Source: a virus (taxonomy: Duplodnaviria; Caudoviricetes). From it: a stretch of 57,369 nt of DNA. Location of the stretch: positions 1-57,369 of the IMG/VR virus record IMGVR_UViG_3300010354_000105; one strand, written 5' to 3'. Position 1 is the stretch's first letter, and every line of letters starts with the position of its first letter. Made by a program: the position numbers and the translations under genes. This document shows positions 1-8,418 of this stretch, piece by piece. The notes beneath the pieces were generated by a model that worked only from the letters and a program-made list of their open reading frames with translations, was not told the DNA's origin and made no database searches.

Positions 1-208
1 AGTCAGGAACATAGATGGTGTTTTTACCAGTTAATGGATTACGATATGGAATCATAAAAGGTTCACTGGCCCATTGCAGCACACTGGGATTGTTGTCGCA
101 AAATTGCATAAAACTAAATTCCCAACTGCTACGATATGTAGGTTCTTTTCGGCCCACATACTTTTCTCTATTTTTTATGGTATACTTACCGTTGGCGTAC
201 TTACTCAT
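1..208 (-). CDS. gp4: T4 gp4-like head completion nuclease (TnsA-like PD-(D/E)xK fold), 5' part; runs off the left edge
   Basis: Not in the ORF track. My translation from ATG 208, which overlaps the TGA of the upstream ORF (ATGA), is MSKYANGKYTIKNREKYVGRKEPTYRSSWEFSFMQFCDNNPSVLQWASEPFMIPYRNPLTGKNTIYVPD. The YRSSWE, W(A/S)SE and Y.PD motifs are typical of gp4. Confidence 0.85.
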   Translation of the reverse strand, partial: MSKYANGKYTIKNREKYVGRKEPTYRSSWEFSFMQFCDNNPSVLQWASEPFMIPYRNPLTGKNTIYVPD

Positions 209-582
209 GGGCGTATCATACGATCCACATATTTGCTGCGTTGTGGTGCACCATGCAAGCCAAGGTAACTAGTTCCAACTCTATTAAGATTTAAAAATAA
301 CCCCAAATAAGCAGCAGATTCTTCGGCTGTCATTGTACGAATTTTATCAACTATTGTCATTGGATCTATTCTTTGGGCTAAACTAGTATAAATTACAGAA
401 CTTGCTAGAATTTTGGCTGCTTCTTTATTGTTTGTGATTTTTTCAAATTGAGCCAAAATCACATTGTTAACATCTTGGCTGACTGAAAAATTAGGTTGAA
501 AATAGTTATTAAAAAAATCTCTAGAACTGCTGTTTAAATCTGCTCTAGTACTATTGGTTGTAAGATTATTGGCTATGCTCAT
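205..582 (-). CDS. Hypothetical phage protein (125 aa), probably virion-related
   Basis: Clean ORF tightly coupled to both neighbours in the late tail operon; no motif recognised. Confidence 0.7.
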   Translation of the reverse strand: MSIANNLTTNSTRADLNSSSRDFFNNYFQPNFSVSQDVNNVILAQFEKITNNKEAAKILASSVIYTSLAQRIDPMTIVDKIRTMTAEESAAYLGLFLNLNRVGTSYLGLHGAPQRSKYVDRMIRP

Positions 583-583
583 A

Positions 584-2305
584 TTATCTACTCAAACGAG
601 TTCTTTCTTGTACATAATCATTTAACAAAGTTCTTTTTTGATTTATTTCAGTTACTTTGGTATTATATGTTGCAGTGGCAATTTGATTCAATGATCGCAT
701 GGTGGTTAATTCTTGCTGCAATGATGCGACTAATAAATTACGATCACTGGTCCAATTAACTAAATCAAAACCTGGTGGCGGTACCATTGGAGGTGTCAAT
801 GCTTGAGCAGCAGATAATCTTGTAGTAAGATCATTTATACTGTTTTGCGTGTTAGTGATTTGTGTTTGTGCCTCGGCTGCGTCGGTGCTTAACGTCGATA
901 TTAAAGTATTCAACCCAGAGATATTTCTATCTAGGTCTATTAATCGTCCTGCATTATTAATATTTCCTTGTGACCCGGCCGATCTAAGGTTACTGCTATC
1001 ATTGGCAATATTAAAACTTGGATTAGTACCAGTGATTGGTGCTGTTGCGCCTGGCACCGTGGGAAAACTAGGATTGTAACCAGATATAGGTGCACCCGAT
1101 TGTTGTGTAACTGGATTAGATTTATATCGATTAGTCAAGGGCGTGCTGTTTAAGAACACAGCGGCACCGGCTAATGCTGCTACACTGGTTAGGTCTTGAA
1201 GGCCTGTGTATTTGTTAGACAAAGCACCATTGGCTTGCGGTATCGTAGATATTTGATAGCCGTTTGGACTGTTGGGATTAATTGTTTCCCTTACTGCTCG
1301 ATCAATGGTTGGCAAAGCACCGATGATGGCATTAGTGGCTGCACTAGTGGTGATACCAGTTATTTCAGACACCAATGACTTCTTTAAATTCATTCCTCTT
1401 GCTGTATTAATTGCTCTGGCAGCATTTAGTATGGTACCTAAACCCACTCTGCCGTTTTCAAAATCACTGAGCACTGACCCAGCAGTATCTAATAATCCAC
1501 CGGCACCAAATATACTTTTAACACCACCTTTCATTCTCAAAGGACTTGGTGTTAAATCATAATATTCTAACATGGCAAAACCGTCGGGTGTGGTTCTTGA
1601 TATTATGCCATCTTGGTACAGAACATTTTCATATGCAATTACCATGTTATGATCCATGGTGCCTGAATCGCCACTGTTTTGATGTTGGCTATGCCTAAAC
1701 GATTTGATCAACGGATTAATTAAGATATATTCGCTGAATTTTTTCTGATGTAAACTATAAATCCTAATGGAATTAATAAACTGATTCGTGGATTCTTTTC
1801 TTCTTTGATAACCAAAATTTCCTATTGTCTGCGGTTGGTATTTGTTTGGAATAGCGTAGGTGGTTAAATTAGTTGATGAACCATAATCACTATCTCTATA
1901 GTAATACCTAAAATAATCATAGTAAAAGTTTCTTACTACATTGGCGCTATCATCATGAAATACTATGTTAATATCTTCATAACGAACTTTATTTTGAACA
2001 AGGTTAATTCTGTTATAAGCATTGTGTGCTTTGATATCAAAATTAAATTTAGGAAGGTCCGCAGATTTAGCCATTAGTCCTAATTCAATTTCGCTAGAAC
2101 GACCGGTTAAATAAGCACTAGCCAATGATTCGTTTACATCAATGAATACATGGAATAAAAAATTATGTTTGGGTGATAGCCTATAGTTACCGCCGCCCAC
2201 AAAAAGGCGACTAGCATGCCGATAATCTTTTAAGTTATCAACTGTGGCTGCTTGTTTTAAAGTACTGCCTATAAAATTTACTGCGTTCTGAAATATGCTG
2301 GCCAT
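584..2305 (-). CDS. Tail-tube-fold baseplate/tube initiator-like protein (gp54/gp48-like) with a C-terminal coiled coil
   Basis: The N-terminal ~230 aa parallel the adjacent tube protein (ELGLMAKSADLPKF, YEDINIVFHDD, MVIAYE). The likely start is ATG 2305 (MASIFQ), downstream of the ATAAATA box at 2323-2329; the track start at 2350 lies inside a terminator. Confidence 0.65.
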   Translation of the reverse strand: MASIFQNAVNFIGSTLKQAATVDNLKDYRHASRLFVGGGNYRLSPKHNFLFHVFIDVNESLASAYLTGRSSEIELGLMAKSADLPKFNFDIKAHNAYNRINLVQNKVRYEDINIVFHDDSANVVRNFYYDYFRYYYRDSDYGSSTNLTTYAIPNKYQPQTIGNFGYQRRKESTNQFINSIRIYSLHQKKFSEYILINPLIKSFRHSQHQNSGDSGTMDHNMVIAYENVLYQDGIISRTTPDGFAMLEYYDLTPSPLRMKGGVKSIFGAGGLLDTAGSVLSDFENGRVGLGTILNAARAINTARGMNLKKSLVSEITGITTSAATNAIIGALPTIDRAVRETINPNSPNGYQISTIPQANGALSNKYTGLQDLTSVAALAGAAVFLNSTPLTNRYKSNPVTQQSGAPISGYNPSFPTVPGATAPITGTNPSFNIANDSSNLRSAGSQGNINNAGRLIDLDRNISGLNTLISTLSTDAAEAQTQITNTQNSINDLTTRLSAAQALTPPMVPPPGFDLVNWTSDRNLLVASLQQELTTMRSLNQIATATYNTKVTEINQKRTLLNDYVQERTRLSR

Positions 2306-2322
2306 ACAAACCCCATTTATAA

Positions 2323-2329
2323 TATTTAT
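2323..2329 (-). promoter_or_regulatory. T4-type late promoter box (ATAAATA)
   Basis: Plus strand reads tatttat, just inside a terminator and upstream of ATG 2305; the motif recurs before many structural genes. Confidence 0.7.
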
Positions 2330-2334
2330 TCCAT

Positions 2335-2361
2335 AAAAAAAGGGCCTCAATGGCCCTTTTT
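2335..2361. terminator. Intrinsic terminator after the tail tube gene (A/T tracts on both sides)
   Basis: aaaaaaagggcc-tcaat-ggcccttttt inverted repeat. Confidence 0.85.
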
Positions 2362-2379
2362 AGGTCGCTTTATTTTGTA

Positions 2380-3000
2380 TTATAGTGTGGAATTATATCC
2401 AATGGCTCTACCAATATTGGTACCAATACCTGTACCGCCTGGCACTTGTACAGCGTTGTCGTAACGCAGACTAAGTTGGATGGTCACTGGTTCATTGCTG
2501 GAATAGTTTAGTTCCTGATAGTTTGCTTCTTTAATGTAGCAACCATATAATTCCCAAGTTTCCAATGCCAGTGGTTCGTGCACACCATTGCCGCCATCAA
2601 GAATTTGACAACGAGTGATGAATTTATAATCGCCGCCGGCTGCTGCACTACTTTGCTCCATAAAGTCAAATTGCTTCTGAAGTTGTAGCCCAACAAGTCG
2701 ACTAACGTTGCCTGCTGCATCATCGCGAATAGTAGTACTAACATCACTCCAACTATGTTTACCTGCTAACTTAACCACACTGTTATAAACGTGTAAATCA
2801 ACATCAGCAAACGATACCTGTGGACGATTAAAACTTACCACTTGTTTGGTAAGTTCTAGTGTATCAACCCCGCCGACCCCTAATCCTTCAAAAGTTACTC
2901 TAAAACGATATTGCAACTTAGGCATTAACAAACCTTGTGCGCTGGCACTCTGATTGGTTTGTAAAGGTACTGTAAATCTATTCATGGAAGCGACTGCCAT
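2380..3000 (-). CDS. gp19: Tail tube protein (gp19-like)
   Basis: 206 aa, directly downstream of the sheath gene. Motifs PKLQYRFRVTF, KLAGKHSW, TIRDD, WELYGC, LSLRYDNA. AGGAGA RBS at 3006-3011. Confidence 0.9.
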   Translation of the reverse strand: MAVASMNRFTVPLQTNQSASAQGLLMPKLQYRFRVTFEGLGVGGVDTLELTKQVVSFNRPQVSFADVDLHVYNSVVKLAGKHSWSDVSTTIRDDAAGNVSRLVGLQLQKQFDFMEQSSAAAGGDYKFITRCQILDGGNGVHEPLALETWELYGCYIKEANYQELNYSSNEPVTIQLSLRYDNAVQVPGGTGIGTNIGRAIGYNSTL

Positions 3001-3023
3001 GCTTATCTCCTAAATTATAAAAA

Positions 3024-3030
3024 TATTTAT
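3024..3030 (-). promoter_or_regulatory. Late promoter box (ATAAATA) for the tail tube gene
   Basis: tatttat on the plus strand, 23 nt upstream of the start, followed by an RBS. Confidence 0.75.
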
Positions 3031-3093
3031 CTTTTTTAAAACCATTTTTGTTTCTGCACACGGATTCATTAACAAGAGTTTTAATTCTACAAA

Positions 3094-3123
3094 TAAAAAC
3101 AGGCACAGATGTGCCTGTTTTTA
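3094..3123. terminator. Intrinsic terminator after the tail sheath gene
   Basis: taaaaacaggcac-agat-gtgcctgttttta perfect inverted repeat. Confidence 0.85.
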
Positions 3124-3138
3124 CCATGCTTGCTTATA

Positions 3139-6100
3139 TTAAACAGTTGCGGTAGTTACTGCTGTTCCAGCAATCGTGCCCGGATTCTTCAAACGCAATG
3201 GAATGTAGATGAACTCTACAGCCTTCATTGGTTCGATTGCAATGTCAACATACAACTCGTTTCTAGCAATACGATCTGATGTATTGTTACTTTCGTCACA
3301 AACCACTAGATAGTCGTAAACACCACGCTTGGCAACCAAGTCGTTTAAGAGACTTTCAATTAACTGCTTGATTTGGTCTCTTGTGATCTTGTCATTTGGT
3401 TCAAACAAGAACTGGCTTGCCACACCACCTAACACTGTGCGTAAGTAGTTTACTAGACGTGCAACATTTACACGATCCAATGCGCTGCCACCGCCCACTG
3501 TACTGCCAGTGGTACCTATACTTGGAGCACGAGTCTTTTGACCGTAAGCAACAAGACCAACACCATTGATCAGCGTAATTGGGTTTAGACGGTTTTCATA
3601 CAAGACATCTCTTAGACTGTTTCTAATACCTGTGCGTACAAATTCTCCGCTGCCAGCATCTACATAACCAATGGCTGATACATTGTCAACTAATCCACGG
3701 CGTGTTCCGGCTGGTGCGAACCATTGATAACTCACTTGATCGTTGTACAAGAAAGTACGCAACATCATGTGGCTTGCTGGGACTGCGATTTCGTTGCCAT
3801 TTAAGTCATTAGTCAATGCACTTGGGTAGTACAGTGCCAAATACGGCGATCCAGTCACAGCCTCATTGTTGCTATAATCAATCAAATCGGTTGTAGTATT
3901 AGGCAATGTCATTGGTACGTCGCCAATAACGAAACCAGTTTGTGCACGATCATTGTTTAGCGCAACAAGATTTGGTACTAGTTCAGGATATCCAGGTGCA
4001 GTTAATAAATTAAATGCGTATCCTTCTTCACGCATATCTAAATTACCGTCTACTGCTGCTTTCATGGCCTGTACGATCTCGTTACGCTGAGCATGATGTC
4101 CCATTGCTGGAGAACCGTTGGACTTAAGACCAAGTTGGCTGACCCAAGTTGAACGTTGGGCTGGTAAAGTTACAGCAGTTGGGAAGGCTGTGCTATTAAA
4201 ATAGTTAACCACAAACTTCTTAACTGTAAATCCGCTGCGTCGTGTGTTAAACAACAATGTGCCACGTGGGTACAGTCTGTAATCAGGACAATCAGGATCA
4301 ATATAATCACTGGTTAACATGGTTACTGTGCTGGGATAATTTCCGCTGACTGGATCTACTAGACCGCCAACGCTGACACTAGAATTGTTTAAACTGGCGT
4401 CCCAACGAGCATCAGCAAAAATAATACCATTTTGGCTGACTTGGTCGGTAGTATCTACCAAAGTCCAGACTGCACTGGTTTTGTCATATCTATACAGTCT
4501 TGGATAGTTTTCTAGATCACTGGTGTCTAACCATAGATCGCCGTTCTCTAGTACTGTGTTGTCGCTTTGTGTTTCAGGTTCTGTAGCAGAGACAATAACA
4601 CCATTTGGATCAGTTAGTGTTAGATTGTAACCTCTTGCATCAGAAGAAACATTACGATAACCTTTCCAACCCGATGCATCGCTGACCATTACGTCCACTG
4701 CGGTGGCATCGTTGTAGTACCACAATTTACCATCTGCTGGAGCAGTGTAAGGTTGCTCGCTGCTGTAGGTGTAAACAGATTTAACCCAGTTTGTTAAATT
4801 GATGCTGCCAGACACTACATCAGCAGTGACACCCACTGTGCTAGTTGTAAATCCTGCATTACCAATTGGGTTACCTGTTGAGTTGGTCAATGTGATTATG
4901 CCGCCGGCGCGGTGTGTGATCGACACTGCACCTGTTGATTCTACTTGTGCTGTTACATTAGGAATATTTGCACCTAAAATTGCTTGTACCAAGGCCTGTT
5001 GTGAACCTCTTGTTCCTCCTGGCACAGTGCCCACAGTCACAGTGGTCACGGTTGGTGCAGTAATCGACGGATCAACGTTAGGCTGACTGACTTTCATTGT
5101 AAAGGCATCACCGGCTGTAACAGTCATTGAAGTGTTTGATCCAACAACCTTGGTTTGTCCTTTAACTCTTTGAGTATAAATTTCAAATCCCACTGTTCCG
5201 TTGTTACTTGGGTTATACTTGGCAAACACGCTGCCTGCAGAAATGTTTACGCCGCCGCCAACTTGATCTAGATTGTACAATGCTTCATAACCATCTTTGT
5301 AGACTGGCATAGCCAATTTGGTCCAAGCGTCGGTTAATGAATTATATCGTCTGTAGACTAGATTAGTTCCACTGCCTTGTACTGATGTTTTAACCCATAC
5401 GCTACCACTGGGTCTTGGCGTTGCTGCACTTCTGCGCCATAGCGGGGCACTGGCAAAGGTTCCTTGGCTAACAGCAGCCTTTCTGAATGTGGCATTACCG
5501 CGCCAACGTTGTTGTCCTACATTCCAGGTCCAGGTAGTACCGTTGATTGTGGTTGTTGAAGTTGCTGCGGTGTTAGCCGGTGCATCAGGAATTTCGCCAA
5601 TTAGGCCAATTCGGCTGGCTGGAGACCCTGTTTTGTCTGTGATCACCAATAGACCGTCGGCAGTGACGCCGTCACTAGCAGCAGCCGAAGTAATCAACAG
5701 TTCTAGTCTATCGTTTTCGACTCTGGCACTGATGCCAACAAGATTAGCATTGGTATTGATAATATTAGCCAGTGCTGTCATCGACGATGTAGTTACACTG
5801 AATACTACATCAACATTATTAATAGTCATTGTGGCACCACCAGTTAACACGTTGCTGATGTCCGAAGACACAGATGTTAAACTGGATTTAACCACTGGAA
5901 TAGTGTCAGACCATGTGCTGCTGCCGACTGCTACCCAGTTGTTTAAATAATTCTTTTTATAGACAAAGTTATTGTCGTCTGTGACCACCACAGCATAGTC
6001 ACCTTGGTTACCAATGCTGCTCAACGGCACTGCGGGACTGCCCACTGTGTTGTCAACTGAATCGATGACAATGGGTGTTTTTTCAACAAATGGTGTATCA

Positions 6101-6561
6101 AGAACACTAATGCTCTCGTCAAATTCGTAAATACCCCAAGAACTGGTAGCGGTGTCTAACCAATTGGTGTTGTTAGAAGGGCTACCAGTTGGTCTTACTG
6201 CTGTGCCTACTAAGTCGTCAAGGTTAATATCTGCTCTAACGACCCAGGCACGATTGCCTAATCCTAGCGCACTGTAGGCTGCCATTAAGCCGTATTCGTT
6301 TAATTCATCACCGTGTAGAGGTGTGTCGTTTACACTTCTACGAAATACCGGTGCTCCAAAAGTAGTTGCTAATTCGCGCTGGCTGGTTATACCATATGCC
6401 TTGCCTGCATTAGCTTTTGTGGTGCCAGGAGCAACAACACCATTTATAGTTTTATCTTGAGCGGTGGCAATTACCACTAGTGGTACTGTGCCAACTGCTG
6501 CTGGTAAGTATTGACTTTCGTCAATTACTGTAACCTCAATTCCCGGAGATACAAGCGCCAT
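3139..6561 (-). CDS. gp18: Contractile tail sheath protein (gp18-like), enlarged to 1140 aa
   Basis: N-terminal MALVSPGIEVTVIDES; C-terminal WFAPAGTRRG, LYENRLNPI, YGQKT, ALDRVNVARL, FEPND, VVCDESNNT, IEPMKAVEFIYI. Confidence 0.95.
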   Translation of the reverse strand: MALVSPGIEVTVIDESQYLPAAVGTVPLVVIATAQDKTINGVVAPGTTKANAGKAYGITSQRELATTFGAPVFRRSVNDTPLHGDELNEYGLMAAYSALGLGNRAWVVRADINLDDLVGTAVRPTGSPSNNTNWLDTATSSWGIYEFDESISVLDTPFVEKTPIVIDSVDNTVGSPAVPLSSIGNQGDYAVVVTDDNNFVYKKNYLNNWVAVGSSTWSDTIPVVKSSLTSVSSDISNVLTGGATMTINNVDVVFSVTTSSMTALANIINTNANLVGISARVENDRLELLITSAAASDGVTADGLLVITDKTGSPASRIGLIGEIPDAPANTAATSTTTINGTTWTWNVGQQRWRGNATFRKAAVSQGTFASAPLWRRSAATPRPSGSVWVKTSVQGSGTNLVYRRYNSLTDAWTKLAMPVYKDGYEALYNLDQVGGGVNISAGSVFAKYNPSNNGTVGFEIYTQRVKGQTKVVGSNTSMTVTAGDAFTMKVSQPNVDPSITAPTVTTVTVGTVPGGTRGSQQALVQAILGANIPNVTAQVESTGAVSITHRAGGIITLTNSTGNPIGNAGFTTSTVGVTADVVSGSINLTNWVKSVYTYSSEQPYTAPADGKLWYYNDATAVDVMVSDASGWKGYRNVSSDARGYNLTLTDPNGVIVSATEPETQSDNTVLENGDLWLDTSDLENYPRLYRYDKTSAVWTLVDTTDQVSQNGIIFADARWDASLNNSSVSVGGLVDPVSGNYPSTVTMLTSDYIDPDCPDYRLYPRGTLLFNTRRSGFTVKKFVVNYFNSTAFPTAVTLPAQRSTWVSQLGLKSNGSPAMGHHAQRNEIVQAMKAAVDGNLDMREEGYAFNLLTAPGYPELVPNLVALNNDRAQTGFVIGDVPMTLPNTTTDLIDYSNNEAVTGSPYLALYYPSALTNDLNGNEIAVPASHMMLRTFLYNDQVSYQWFAPAGTRRGLVDNVSAIGYVDAGSGEFVRTGIRNSLRDVLYENRLNPITLINGVGLVAYGQKTRAPSIGTTGSTVGGGSALDRVNVARLVNYLRTVLGGVASQFLFEPNDKITRDQIKQLIESLLNDLVAKRGVYDYLVVCDESNNTSDRIARNELYVDIAIEPMKAVEFIYIPLRLKNPGTIAGTAVTTATV

Positions 6562-6598
6562 GATTTTTTCCTTATAATAGGCATGAAACCTTTGCTAT

Positions 6599-6605
6599 TA
6601 TTTAT
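6599..6605 (-). promoter_or_regulatory. Late promoter box (ATAAATA) for the sheath gene
   Basis: tatttat on the plus strand upstream of ATG 6561. Confidence 0.7.
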
Positions 6606-6659
6606 TTTTAATCACGAAAAAGACCCAGACGAGCGGTCCTTTTCGTGGTCCTTTCCTTG

Positions 6660-6666
6660 ATAAATA
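6660..6666 (+). promoter_or_regulatory. Late promoter box (ATAAATA) for the HNH-like gene
   Basis: ATAAATA ends 4 nt before ATG 6671; no RBS between box and ATG. Confidence 0.6.
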
Positions 6667-6670
6667 ACCC

Positions 6671-7012
6671 ATGCCAAGAAAAGTATGTCCCATTTGCCGA
6701 CTGCACCCAGTGGCTTTAAACTATTATAGGAAAGAAAAAGCCTATTATCGAACAGCCTGCACTGGTTGCATACATAGAAAAAGAAAACCTGCTCCTTCCG
6801 TGCCAGGATGGGTAAGATCAGGATATAAAAAGAGTGAGCGTTGCGATCGCTGCGGGTTTAAATTTAAACACACTGAGCAAAGCAATGTGTACCATGTAGA
6901 TGGCAATCTCGGCAACAATAACTGGGTTAACTTAAAAACTATATGTTTAAACTGCCAACCCGAAATAAACAAAACACGCTGGAAACCTAGTGATCTAAAA
7001 CCAGATTTTTAA
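6671..7012 (+). CDS. Cys-rich zinc-binding HNH-like protein
   Basis: CPIC, CTGC, CDRC and CLNC pairs plus VYHVDGNLGNNNWVNLKTICLNCQ. This is an HNH signature with the terminal His replaced by Gln. Confidence 0.7.
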   Translation: MPRKVCPICRLHPVALNYYRKEKAYYRTACTGCIHRKRKPAPSVPGWVRSGYKKSERCDRCGFKFKHTEQSNVYHVDGNLGNNNWVNLKTICLNCQPEINKTRWKPSDLKPDF

Positions 7013-7640
7013 TTTGTTGGTATAGATAATCTACTGTACCATTGTTATCAATTACTTGATCAAACTTGGTACCTAACCAAGCCCATTCACTGGGATGGAC
7101 GTCAGGGTATCGGGAGGCCATATCGCGTTGTTGATCAGATATGATCCATTGATCATCTTCTGCGGTGTGCACAGTCTGTAGAGCACAGGCTAGCCACTCA
7201 GGCGGAGCACCACGTTCCACACAGATCATTTTCCCGCCTACACCACGTATGGCACGGACTTCATTTGGAAAACGTACATCTGAAATCACAATGTTGTCTG
7301 TGCTTTGGCGTAACTTGTTTTCTAAACTGGCTACCCAGATGTCATCGTGGAATCCATGACGGCAAACATCAGTGCCCCAGTACTGTAAGATCCAACGCGG
7401 CGTAAGATTGGGCATTTCGAGACGTTCAGCCCACCAGGTGTCTACTTGTTCACGCCAGGCTCTACTAGCAGCAGTGCGCCCTTCTAGCATGATTCTGTCC
7501 CAGCCAAACACGCAGGCCACAGCATCTTTAAGAGTATTAGCAAAACTTTCTCTACGAAAGCCGTGATAGTTAACTAGGTAGTCGGCCACAGTGTCTTTGC
7601 CTGAGCCTATGAATCCTGATATACCAATAACTTTAGTCAT
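6987..7640 (-). CDS. Deoxynucleoside monophosphate kinase (T4 gp1-like)
   Basis: P-loop GISGFIGSGKDT, FANTLKDAV, TPRWILQYWGTDVCR, VISDVRFPNE, IDNNGT. Confidence 0.92.
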   Translation of the reverse strand: MTKVIGISGFIGSGKDTVADYLVNYHGFRRESFANTLKDAVACVFGWDRIMLEGRTAASRAWREQVDTWWAERLEMPNLTPRWILQYWGTDVCRHGFHDDIWVASLENKLRQSTDNIVISDVRFPNEVRAIRGVGGKMICVERGAPPEWLACALQTVHTAEDDQWIISDQQRDMASRYPDVHPSEWAWLGTKFDQVIDNNGTVDYLYQQIKNLVLDH

Positions 7641-7675
7641 AGTGTAAGTTTACACTAGACTTTATTCATAGTCAA
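7641..7675 (-). promoter_or_regulatory. Sigma70-type promoter, probably giving a leaderless mRNA
   Basis: Minus strand reads TTGACT-N17-TAAACT-TACACT-ATG. Confidence 0.7.
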
Positions 7676-7678
7676 TAT

Positions 7679-8044
7679 CTAGACACCAAATTTATTTTTG
7701 GTTCGTGCCCGAACTGGGCTCTTATTATTGGTTTGTGACAGTTCTACACTACCTTCGCCAGTGGATCTGCTGGGCTGGATTCCCATAATGCGCTCAGCAC
7801 CAAGGCGTATTTCTTTATCACCTGCACTGTAATCAATGGTATTAAAATTGCTACCAATTGGACCTTTTTGGTACATGTCGCTATCAGGACTAGCGGCTAG
7901 TGCGATTCCGAACCTATAAGCCAAATATGGATTATTGTTATTGTCGAGCGCATCATACTGAGACAAATTAGGCAAGGCCTCTTCAGCAGACTTGCGTAAA
8001 GGCTTTCTGCCCACTGACTCGCGTACGATTTCTATGATTTTCAT
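7679..8044 (-). CDS. Small hypothetical protein, paralog of 8041-8418; candidate internal head protein
   Basis: N-terminus MKIIEIVRES and C-terminus NNKSPVRARTKNKFGV match the neighbouring gene. Confidence 0.7.
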   Translation of the reverse strand: MKIIEIVRESVGRKPLRKSAEEALPNLSQYDALDNNNNPYLAYRFGIALAASPDSDMYQKGPIGSNFNTIDYSAGDKEIRLGAERIMGIQPSRSTGEGSVELSQTNNKSPVRARTKNKFGV

Positions 8045-8418
8045 ACACCGTACCTATTCTTTTTCTTAGCAGCCACCGGACTTTGATTGTTTACATGATT
8101 AGGCTCTCGGCTTCTATGATCTGTGACCACGGGATTGACTTCGGTCTTGATTGCTTTGAAAGCCTGTTTAAACATTTTTTCTTCTTCGTCGGTGTACGGT
8201 ACAGCCACATTGTCATGATGAAACCATGTTCTGTCATCGACATCCAACTTTTTATTGCTACCGTCTGACATGGCCACTGCCATGCCAACACGATTAAAGT
8301 TGTAATCATACCCGGCCCCGTGACCATCATTGTATGTTATAGTCTTATGAAAGGCATGTTTATGATCTTGGTGCAAGGAACCTTTAGTACCTTCCTGAAT
8401 TATTTCTGTAATTTTCAT
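8041..8418 (-). CDS. Small hypothetical protein, paralog of 7679-8044; candidate internal head protein
   Basis: The likely start is ATG 8418, overlapping the neck-gene stop (TAATG). Sequence MKITEIIQEG...NNQSPVAAKKKNRYGV. Confidence 0.7.
   Translation of the reverse strand: MKITEIIQEGTKGSLHQDHKHAFHKTITYNDGHGAGYDYNFNRVGMAVAMSDGSNKKLDVDDRTWFHHDNVAVPYTDEEEKMFKQAFKAIKTEVNPVVTDHRSREPNHVNNQSPVAAKKKNRYGV

Noticed and set aside
15-272. Plus-strand ORFs 15..272 and 74..268
   Set aside because: They are antisense to the gp4-like gene and the 125-aa gene.
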